From the IMG/VR virus record IMGVR_UViG_3300044615_001997: a stretch of 64,000 bases of DNA; one strand, written 5' to 3'. Source of the stretch: a virus. Both the position numbers and the translations under genes were made by a program. Positions 56,729-64,000 of the stretch are shown here, in pieces. The notes below the pieces were generated by a model. The model searched no databases and had not been told where the DNA came from. It saw nothing but the letters and a program-made list of their open reading frames with translations. Numbering within the stretch: the stretch's first letter is position 1; every line of letters starts with the position of its first letter.

Positions 56729-58792
56729 ATGAATATATCTACCAAAAAATTCAATTCCTTTGTAGACGAGTATAGTAAAGTTAAAAAATTCGTTACCGAA
56801 GGCAATGTAGTGATACGCGAAGATTGGAGCAAGCGTAATTACAACAAGCCAAACAACAACGAAGATGAAGTATATTCTATACACTACGAGAACTTAAAAT
56901 TTAAAAATCTATCTAACGCACATAAATTTACTCAAGTTAGCAGAATCAATGGAAACCCAAAAATACTAACCGTAGAAAATAAAAAAGATCCTAACTCTCC
57001 AGAAGTTAAGATAAAAGAGTCTATCGCTGGCAATCTCTCAGCGGGGTCGTTACTGATGGTTACTACTGCAACCGCACAAAATTTAGCCAAAGATTATAAA
57101 TCTATGCGGTTTATTCCCAAAACTGATCTAGATAATAAGCTCAAGTTTCCAAAAATTATTTCAAAGCCACCGTACGAGATAATGGAGGGAAATAACACCT
57201 ATCGTGTGCTTTGTCGTTCTGGTTACGGTATTTATTTTATCGGTTGCGACACTGACGACATTTATGATTACCTCGATGAAGGATTCTTCATTTTAGGTAT
57301 AACCGGAGTAACGCCTTCAGGTAAAAAGAATCGACACATGGTTGTAACGAACCAGTTGGATATCAATACCATGCATATTTTTATCCTGTGCCAGTTCCAG
57401 CCGAAGTTTTGTGAAATGTTACATAAAGGATGTTTTGTCCACACTAATGATGCACAAATGATGCGTCTTAAAATGGAAAAGAAACTTCCGGAAAAATACA
57501 AAACTAAGTACGAGCATGCCCGTGAAGCCATTGAGAAAGACTATCAAAACAACACCTCACTGATTCTTATTAATAACCTAAATAATAAAGAAATCGCCAA
57601 GGTGGCATTGAATGATATCGAGCTCACCAGTAACTCGGCCTCTTACGACAGAATCAAAATAGAGGCAGACGACCTCCTGAATGTAATCTATTCAAAGGTT
57701 AACTTTGGTGGCGAGTTTGATATTTATTCTGTGGTAGAAACTTATGCCGACCACATTCAAGAAAAAGTGGACGGAGCTCAATTGCCTGAAGAAGGGCAAT
57801 TTAGAACTCTACCTACCATAAAGATCAATGGTTTTAACATTAATATAACCACATCACATACCGGTGTACGTAGAATTAATGGAAAGCGTATCAATAAAGC
57901 AGAAATTAAGGATGCCGTCTACCGAGCTAGTTGTCATCATACTCAAGAAGATTACGACTTATTCTTAAATCGTATCTCGAGAATGAGCTTATTGTGGCAC
58001 GATATTCTGGCAAATGGCTTACCTGTTAAAATTCACGACAACATGACGTGGGATGAGTATAGGGAGCCAGAACCATCTGCCGCCGCTCCGGCAATTAAGT
58101 TCTTTATCGATAAAGAAGATCGTTGCATCAAGATTAAAACCGAGGATCCTAAAGGTTGCCGTGTTCGTTTAGGGCAACTAATTAAGAAAATCGATACAAT
58201 CAATCGTAAAACAAATAATCGCTGGACGCGTGGTGGTATGGAGAGCCGTAACAGTAGGTGGGCCAGAAAAGAGCTAGCTAAAGCCTTGAAAGAGGCCACC
58301 ACGTTTGATGTTAAAACCAAGCGGGAAGACGGAACTGTAGAGACTCGTTCTGTTACAGGTATAACTGCAGCAGACATCACAAAGCTGATTCAAATAGCAG
58401 ATGAATACAAGAAGGCAGCTATCGAGAGAAGCAAAAACTTCCTCGCTACAGCTGTTCAATTCACGGGTGCAAAAGAAATTGAATTTATGGGTAAGCAAGC
58501 CTATAAAGTTGATGGAACGTTGCGTTCGTATGCTGTAGTTATAGAAACTGCCAAGGTGTATGACTATCAGACAAAACAGTATCGTTGTATCGTAAACGAC
58601 AACCATTTCCGTGGTGCAGGTTACGACGACATTGCCGCTAGACTATATGCACTGAAGAATGACTCAGTTATGCAGAAAGTGATTGGAACATTGAAGGGTG
58701 CCGCTCAGCCAGGAGCTGAGAATGCACACAATGACTATGTTCCTGACCGTGCAGTAGATGACGCCGTTCTAGAAGGATTAAATCTAGATTAA
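56729..58792 (+). CDS. large hypothetical protein in the Ubl/E1/JAB locus
   Basis: 687 aa from ATG 56729, no recognised family. C-terminal domain IERSKNFL...YRCIV...GYDDIAARLYALKND. Confidence 0.65.
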   Translation: MNISTKKFNSFVDEYSKVKKFVTEGNVVIREDWSKRNYNKPNNNEDEVYSIHYENLKFKNLSNAHKFTQVSRINGNPKILTVENKKDPNSPEVKIKESIAGNLSAGSLLMVTTATAQNLAKDYKSMRFIPKTDLDNKLKFPKIISKPPYEIMEGNNTYRVLCRSGYGIYFIGCDTDDIYDYLDEGFFILGITGVTPSGKKNRHMVVTNQLDINTMHIFILCQFQPKFCEMLHKGCFVHTNDAQMMRLKMEKKLPEKYKTKYEHAREAIEKDYQNNTSLILINNLNNKEIAKVALNDIELTSNSASYDRIKIEADDLLNVIYSKVNFGGEFDIYSVVETYADHIQEKVDGAQLPEEGQFRTLPTIKINGFNINITTSHTGVRRINGKRINKAEIKDAVYRASCHHTQEDYDLFLNRISRMSLLWHDILANGLPVKIHDNMTWDEYREPEPSAAAPAIKFFIDKEDRCIKIKTEDPKGCRVRLGQLIKKIDTINRKTNNRWTRGGMESRNSRWARKELAKALKEATTFDVKTKREDGTVETRSVTGITAADITKLIQIADEYKKAAIERSKNFLATAVQFTGAKEIEFMGKQAYKVDGTLRSYAVVIETAKVYDYQTKQYRCIVNDNHFRGAGYDDIAARLYALKNDSVMQKVIGTLKGAAQPGAENAHNDYVPDRAVDDAVLEGLNLD

Positions 58793-58796
58793 CTTA

Positions 58797-58831
58797 TAGA
58801 GCCCCTGTAGGCAAATCCTACAGGGGCTCTA
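58797..58831. terminator. 15-bp perfect hairpin (terminator or stability element)
   Basis: TAGAGCCCCTGTAGG-CAAAT-CCTACAGGGGCTCTA, without a clear U-tract. Confidence 0.6.
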
Positions 58832-58857
58832 ATACATAAACTTAAACAAATAATTAA

Positions 58858-59508
58858 ATGAAAACATATATTATAGACATTGAAACTGCTCCATTACCTC
58901 AAAACCAAATAGAGGCATTTCAGCCAGAATTTAAAGCCGATACTCGTTTGAAAGACCCTATAAAAATAGCGGAAGATATTAAAAATAAAAAAGAAAAGTT
59001 TATAGCTAACGCTGCTTTAAATCCTCTTACTTCGTATATTTGTGCTTTGGGTGTTTGGGAAACTTCTCAAAAAGAACCTGAGTTATATATCTCTAATAGC
59101 GAAAAAAATATCATTGAAGCATTTTTAGAGTTAATCAAAGAAGAAAATTTAACCAGAACAAGAATAGTGACATTTAATGGAATGAACTTCGATATTCCGT
59201 TTTTATGTCGAAGAGGTTTACTCTATGGTCACGATATATTCCCAACATTCTATAGAATAGATGGATGCTTTAAAATTTTAGATAAAGCTCCGGTATTTAT
59301 AGACTTGGCTGCTATATGGGATTGCCGTAGAAAAGACTATATTAGTTTGAATGACTTAGCTATCTATATGGGGGTAGGTAAAAAAAATAAGAATGAAGAT
59401 CTTTTTTATCAATTGCTAGAAAAAAATAAAGATGTCGCTAAGGATTATTTAATTAATGATTTAAAATTAACTAAAGATATAGCAGAAAAATGGGGATTAA
59501 TTAAATGA
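58858..59508 (+). CDS. DEDDy 3'-5' exonuclease (PolB exonuclease-like)
   Basis: IIDIET, TFNGMNFDIPFL, YLINDL. Confidence 0.8.
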   Translation: MKTYIIDIETAPLPQNQIEAFQPEFKADTRLKDPIKIAEDIKNKKEKFIANAALNPLTSYICALGVWETSQKEPELYISNSEKNIIEAFLELIKEENLTRTRIVTFNGMNFDIPFLCRRGLLYGHDIFPTFYRIDGCFKILDKAPVFIDLAAIWDCRRKDYISLNDLAIYMGVGKKNKNEDLFYQLLEKNKDVAKDYLINDLKLTKDIAEKWGLIK

Positions 59509-59966
59509 GATTAATAGAAAAAATAAATAAGGGGTTAGCTAGAGCTGTAGCTACGGCTACAGTGGAATGCGGTGACTCTAAAGAAGAAGAAGGAGGGATT
59601 ATTCTCACTAATAATCAATCTTCAGGAGCTAGAGATTATAAATTTATAAAAGTTATAAACGACCGACGTGGAACACTCTCTGCTCGAGGACTATATGTGG
59701 CAAACCCTGAAGATTTTGGAAAGCATGTATTTCCATCAATTTCTGAAGGTTGGAATATGTATGCAAGTTTTCATACTCATCCCACCTTTTCAGCTACACC
59801 TAGTTCTCTAGACGAAGATAAATTATTCAGAGGATTTAAATATAATTTTATATTTTCTAACTCTGAAAGGACTGTATCGTGTTCGGAGTGGTCTCCGCAA
59901 AACGATTTGCATACTGTGTATTTAAACATTATAACCTTACTATACTTAGCTAATGAGCAAGATTAA
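59505..59966 (+). CDS. JAB/JAMM (MPN+) metallopeptidase
   Basis: EEEGGIIL plus HTHPTFSATPSSLD, an exact H-x-H-x7-S-x2-D match. Confidence 0.85.
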   Translation: MRLIEKINKGLARAVATATVECGDSKEEEGGIILTNNQSSGARDYKFIKVINDRRGTLSARGLYVANPEDFGKHVFPSISEGWNMYASFHTHPTFSATPSSLDEDKLFRGFKYNFIFSNSERTVSCSEWSPQNDLHTVYLNIITLLYLANEQD

Positions 59967-60549
59967 AAAAATTGGTATTGCCGGTGCCGGTGGCATTGGA
60001 TCAAATTTACTGGCTATATTATTTGATTACGGTTTTAATCGTAAGCAATTTGACTATTCTTCTGTGGATGTTGATATATACGATGATGATGTGGTAGATC
60101 TAAAAAATCTACTACATCAAAACTTCAAGATGGAAGATATCAGCAAGTACAAAGTAAAAGTTCTTGAAGATAAATACGTTGTGAAGGGCATCACTAAATT
60201 CATGGATGAAAAAGACTTTAAGAAATATGACGTTATTTTCAGCTGTGTAGACAGTATGGAATTTAGACGTAAGCTCTATAACTATGGCTTTGAAAATAAA
60301 ACCAAGCCGTTTTGGATTGATGGTCGTTGCACTAGTCGTCAAGGGGCTATCTTCAACTCTGATGTTGCTGAAACTGAACTAAAAAAATATATTACCGAAG
60401 ACGATATTCGTGGAGGCTGCCTCCTAAATTACGAGAAAGAACAAAACATAAGCCATACTATCCCGCTTGTAGTGGCAGGAATGATGGTACAAACATTCTT
60501 GAATTTCTTGCGTGGTGAAAAGACCGACAAGAAATTATTTATGGTGTGA
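59953..60549 (+). CDS. ThiF/E1-family adenylyltransferase
   Basis: IAGAGGIGS, DDDVVDLKNLLHQ, K.K, SCVDS...RR, WIDGR, candidate Cys in GGCL. Confidence 0.85.
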   Translation: MSKIKKIGIAGAGGIGSNLLAILFDYGFNRKQFDYSSVDVDIYDDDVVDLKNLLHQNFKMEDISKYKVKVLEDKYVVKGITKFMDEKDFKKYDVIFSCVDSMEFRRKLYNYGFENKTKPFWIDGRCTSRQGAIFNSDVAETELKKYITEDDIRGGCLLNYEKEQNISHTIPLVVAGMMVQTFLNFLRGEKTDKKLFMV

Positions 60550-60854
60550 TGATTGCTTATAAATTACTCAAAAAAAGAAAAAATGGAACCATAGGTTCCC
60601 TGTTTATAAACAAGAGAGCTGTTTTGGAAACTGGTAAATGGTTGGTGGCTGAAGACCATAAAACAAATGGCTTCTCCCACCGACCAGGATGGCACTGTAC
60701 AGTTGCTGCTAAGGCACCTCACTTAAAAGAAGAAGGACGTGTGTGGTATAAGGTAGAAGTATCTGGTTATCGCACCTTCAATCGCCCCAAGAGTCAGGGA
60801 GGAAAATGGCTCATTGCAAATAAATTAAGAATATTAACACCATTAGAAAATTAA
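60549..60854 (+). CDS. hypothetical protein
   Basis: AYKLLK.RKNG..GSLFIN...RPGWH...APHL...SQGGKW pattern. TGATG overlap with the E1 gene. Confidence 0.6.
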   Translation: MIAYKLLKKRKNGTIGSLFINKRAVLETGKWLVAEDHKTNGFSHRPGWHCTVAAKAPHLKEEGRVWYKVEVSGYRTFNRPKSQGGKWLIANKLRILTPLEN

Positions 60855-60855
60855 T

Positions 60856-61599
60856 ATGGGATACACACATTACTGGGAAACTTTAAGAAGTTTTACCGAC
60901 GAAGAATGGGACAGTTTAACAAAAGAAGCCAACCGTATTATAGGGTTGGCTAAAAGTTTAAATATATCATTAGGAGATGCTCTTGGTGATTTTGAGCCTG
61001 TAGTGACTAAGAAAAGAATAGCCTTAAATGGCTATGGTAACGCAGGATGCGAGTCCTTTATTTTAATGAAAAATAAAAGAGAAGCTGCAGACTGGGAAAG
61101 AAAACGTGAAAACGACGCAGTTTTTGATTTCTGCAAAACTCGTCAATTACCGTATGATGCTGTGGTAGTTTCTATATTATTTGCAGCCAATAAAATAGCT
61201 CCGGACGCACTACGTCCAAGTAGCGATGGTGGTGATATATTTGAATCTGCTATAGACATAATGGCAGCTAAAATGTTGAGCGCTGCACCGGTAGAAAAAA
61301 ATTATCACGAAACAAATTGCGAGATTGTGGAAAAAAAGATGCGTGAGACGCTTGACAATATCTGCAATCAACTCGATATTAACTTCATGAAGTTTGGTGT
61401 TTCAGAAGACTTACACAAAGCAATATTGTTAAGATTTAATGATATTTATGAACGTGTAGATTCTTTAACAAGTCTCTTCAAAACATATGACTCGTTTTTC
61501 GAGGTGGCCGATGCGCTGAATACTGAAATTAAAAAAGAATACAAATTATTCAAAAATCTAAATGAACTTACTTTAATAACACAATATGCCAATAATTAA
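60856..61599 (+). CDS. conserved phage hypothetical protein (MGYTHYW type)
   Basis: MGYTHYW, FDFCKTRQLPYD.VV and SSDG motifs. Confidence 0.65.
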   Translation: MGYTHYWETLRSFTDEEWDSLTKEANRIIGLAKSLNISLGDALGDFEPVVTKKRIALNGYGNAGCESFILMKNKREAADWERKRENDAVFDFCKTRQLPYDAVVVSILFAANKIAPDALRPSSDGGDIFESAIDIMAAKMLSAAPVEKNYHETNCEIVEKKMRETLDNICNQLDINFMKFGVSEDLHKAILLRFNDIYERVDSLTSLFKTYDSFFEVADALNTEIKKEYKLFKNLNELTLITQYANN

Positions 61600-62662
61600 A
61601 CCTAGCCTTAAATTCGAGGGTGCTGAAACAGGTACTACTCAAAATACAACACCATATCTACGTGAAGATGTACGCAAAGTTATCTTTAATAAAAATAACA
61701 ATCAAAACGGAGTTTATCTATACTTTCTCCCACCTTATCGAGCGGATAGCTTGGGTAATGGTGTATGGTACAAAAGCATAGAAATACGCGACAATTTTGG
61801 CGATAAGTACAAAGAAAAATATCTGGTTGTCTCTCGTGAAAATGATCCTGCCGAATATTTTGGAAGAAATTTTAAATTACTCTATCCAGAAGAATCCAAA
61901 CCAGGCACAATTGTAAATAACGGAAAAACATTCAAGAAATATCCGAATTACGGCCGTGTCACTAAGCGTGTGCTTTTCAATGTGGCATATGCTAACAAGC
62001 TCGAAGCAGGCCCACATATCTTGGACCTGCCTCTAGCTAACGGTGCCAGCCAGCTATTTGACTGGCTAAGCAAGACCGATATTGCTGGTAACCCTCGTCC
62101 ACTGGTAAATAATCCAGAGGCAGCGTTCCCAGTATTTCTTCAATTAAAAGATTCTGGTACAAATCCTTGGCAATTGAATGTGGAAGCTAGCCAACCAGCT
62201 ATACTTCCTGAGGCAATCGCCACATCAGATAATCTCTACAACTTAGATGAGATTCTAGTGATTCGTTCCAAAGAAGAAATTATCGGAAAACTCCGTGAAA
62301 TGTATCCTCAACATGTATTCGATGACTGCATGAACGGATATCCTGGGTTAAAAACAGCTAAATCTGCTGGTTTTGGTCCTGGGCCTGTTCAGCCGCAATT
62401 CTCTGCCGCAACTGTTAGTCAGTCTAATACTCCTACATTTTCCGCAGCTACGCCCGTAGCGAAACCAGTTCCAGCAGGAAATATTAATCTTCCTATTCCT
62501 GGCACTGCTCCTGGCGTTGTTCAGGCAGATGTACCGGTTAAAACTTCACTACCTAGCGTTACAACCACAGCACCAATAGACCCTTCGGAACTTCCTCCGA
62601 ATCCTATGGCTGCTATGTCGTCCATGACACGCGAACAAGCTGAGAAGTTCTTGGCATCCTAA
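61586..62662 (+). CDS. putative single-stranded DNA-binding protein
   Basis: YFLPP motif, low-complexity tail, directly upstream of recA. Inferred from position. Confidence 0.45.
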   Translation: MPIIKPSLKFEGAETGTTQNTTPYLREDVRKVIFNKNNNQNGVYLYFLPPYRADSLGNGVWYKSIEIRDNFGDKYKEKYLVVSRENDPAEYFGRNFKLLYPEESKPGTIVNNGKTFKKYPNYGRVTKRVLFNVAYANKLEAGPHILDLPLANGASQLFDWLSKTDIAGNPRPLVNNPEAAFPVFLQLKDSGTNPWQLNVEASQPAILPEAIATSDNLYNLDEILVIRSKEEIIGKLREMYPQHVFDDCMNGYPGLKTAKSAGFGPGPVQPQFSAATVSQSNTPTFSAATPVAKPVPAGNINLPIPGTAPGVVQADVPVKTSLPSVTTTAPIDPSELPPNPMAAMSSMTREQAEKFLAS

Positions 62663-62666
62663 TCCT

Positions 62667-63860
62667 ATGGATTTTGACGCTTATTTAAACAGTATCAAGA
62701 AGGACTTTAATAAAGCCTTCAAAGGTTCTGAGGCATCTCTAGAATTAAACTCTGTAGACAAGGAACTTCCTCCTACAGGTATTACTCTAGATAATCCGCT
62801 CTTGGAATATGCATTTGACCGTAGGTTCATAGCCTACGGTAGGTGCTACCTAATCTATGGTAAAAAGGGTTGTTCAAAAACCACATTGCTGTTTGAATTG
62901 GGCAAAATCTTCCAGAGAGCCGGAGGCAAGATGATCTGGGTGGAGACGGAGAATGCTCCTGACTTTGACTATATGAAACGTCAAGGACTGGACCCTGCTA
63001 ACGTCATTTATCATAATCCCAAATCTTTGGAAGAAGCTCTAACACTGATCAAAACCATGATCGAGAATATACCCAAACACGATCCTGAAGGTAAAACACC
63101 TATCATGATTGCCTTGGACTCGATCGCTGGGGCGGCTTCAGAGTATGAGCGCGACCAAGACATTATCGGCCAAACCAAAGTCGGTGAGCACGCTAAACTT
63201 ATGAGTGGGTTTTATCGCCATATCATTCCATACTTAGAATCCGAAAGAGCTATTCTGGTTGTAACAAATCAACTAAAAGAACAAATCGGAGGCATGATGG
63301 GCTTTGGAACTGAAAAACCCGAAGCTCTGATCGGCGGAGAAGCTCAAAAGTTCAACTCTACATATCAATTCAAAGTAGCCAGAATCACTGACCTACTTGA
63401 AGAAGATCATATGGGAGTTAAGCGTAAATGTGGATCAACGCACTCCCTCACTGTGAAGCGTAACAAGCTGGGCCGTGAGGGTAATAGTCAAAAAATCACC
63501 TTTGATATCTATATTAATGGTGGTATTGATTGGTATTCTCCGTTGGTAAAACATTTAGGTGAAAGCTATACTGCTATAGTCGGAAAGACTGGTGGATGGT
63601 ACACATGGAAAACACCTGACTGTAAAGCCACAATCTTGATTGATGGTGAACCAACAGAAGTCGATATCGATACTTCTAAAAAGTATAGAGACAAAGAATT
63701 AGGATTCTTGATTGCAAATAGCCAAGACGCTAAAGAAGTCTGCCGTAAAGCCTTCGGTATACCTGATATGCCGGATGCTCAAACCACCCAAGCTATTGAA
63801 GCCAAGAACAAGAGTAGGAGAAAGAAAAAATCAGACCTAGAATCGGATCTTGAAGAATAA
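62667..63860 (+). CDS. recA: RecA/UvsX-like recombinase
   Basis: YGKKGCSKTT, WVETE, IALDSIA, VGEHAKLMS, TNQLKE.IG, GGEAQKF. Confidence 0.85.
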   Translation: MDFDAYLNSIKKDFNKAFKGSEASLELNSVDKELPPTGITLDNPLLEYAFDRRFIAYGRCYLIYGKKGCSKTTLLFELGKIFQRAGGKMIWVETENAPDFDYMKRQGLDPANVIYHNPKSLEEALTLIKTMIENIPKHDPEGKTPIMIALDSIAGAASEYERDQDIIGQTKVGEHAKLMSGFYRHIIPYLESERAILVVTNQLKEQIGGMMGFGTEKPEALIGGEAQKFNSTYQFKVARITDLLEEDHMGVKRKCGSTHSLTVKRNKLGREGNSQKITFDIYINGGIDWYSPLVKHLGESYTAIVGKTGGWYTWKTPDCKATILIDGEPTEVDIDTSKKYRDKELGFLIANSQDAKEVCRKAFGIPDMPDAQTTQAIEAKNKSRRKKKSDLESDLEE

Positions 63861-64000
63861 TGACTGACTATATGCAAAAACTGGCCGATGTAGCCCAGCT
63901 AATCAAAAAAATGGATTTGCCGGAATACAGAAAATCAGTTAAACATAACACAGACTTAAGATGGTTGAAAAATAACTTACATGTAAAAAATGGTAAGCAC
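63860..64000 (+). CDS. hypothetical protein (truncated by window end)
   Basis: TAATG overlap with the recA stop. Open to the end of the window (MTDYMQKLADVAQLIKK...). Confidence 0.5.
   Translation, partial: MTDYMQKLADVAQLIKKMDLPEYRKSVKHNTDLRWLKNNLHVKNGKH

Noticed and set aside
56398-60549. Ordinary ThiS/ThiF thiamine or MoaD/MoeB molybdopterin genes
   Set aside because: No pathway partners were recognised in the window and the context is phage replication. Not fully excluded, because partners could lie outside the window.
1-64000. CRISPR array, diversity-generating retroelement, IS/transposase, integrase, intein
   Set aside because: No regularly spaced direct repeats, reverse transcriptase, transposase, integrase or intein motifs were seen.
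1-64000. Stop-codon reassignment, as seen in some large phages
   Set aside because: Standard-code ORFs tile the window densely, and TAA, TAG and TGA all end genes at tight junctions.

Overview
This window is a 64 kb segment of an AT-rich, gene-dense genome, almost entirely on the + strand, and best read as a large (jumbo-type) tailed bacteriophage. It uses the standard genetic code and the starts I checked lack Shine-Dalgarno sites. (1) 65-23200 is a baseplate/tail module with an embedded sigma factor, five paralogous fibre/adaptor genes and a 2937-aa Ig-repeat protein. (2) 24300-26450 has no credible ORF, is GC-richer and is heavily base-paired. It holds a sigma70-type promoter, a ~715-nt GOLLD-like RNA and several back-to-back structured RNA modules, one with complementary kissing loops. 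(3) 26458-41730 holds small hypothetical genes, a K-x-A-rich protein, a deaminase, an AAA ATPase, a reverse-strand terminase large subunit and a Ycf46-AAA/DUF3150/DUF1257/DUF2997-like cassette. (4) 41727-64000 is replication/recombination: SbcCD-like nuclease, SF2 helicase, primase, DnaB-like helicase, a multi-domain family A polymerase, a putative SSB and RecA. Embedded there is a candidate phage-encoded ubiquitin-like system: a small protein ending in Gly-Gly, a JAB/JAMM peptidase and a ThiF/E1 enzyme around an unknown 687-aa protein. The two best candidates for undescribed biology are this ubiquitin-like module and the structured-RNA array. All family calls come from reading motifs by eye; no searches were run.
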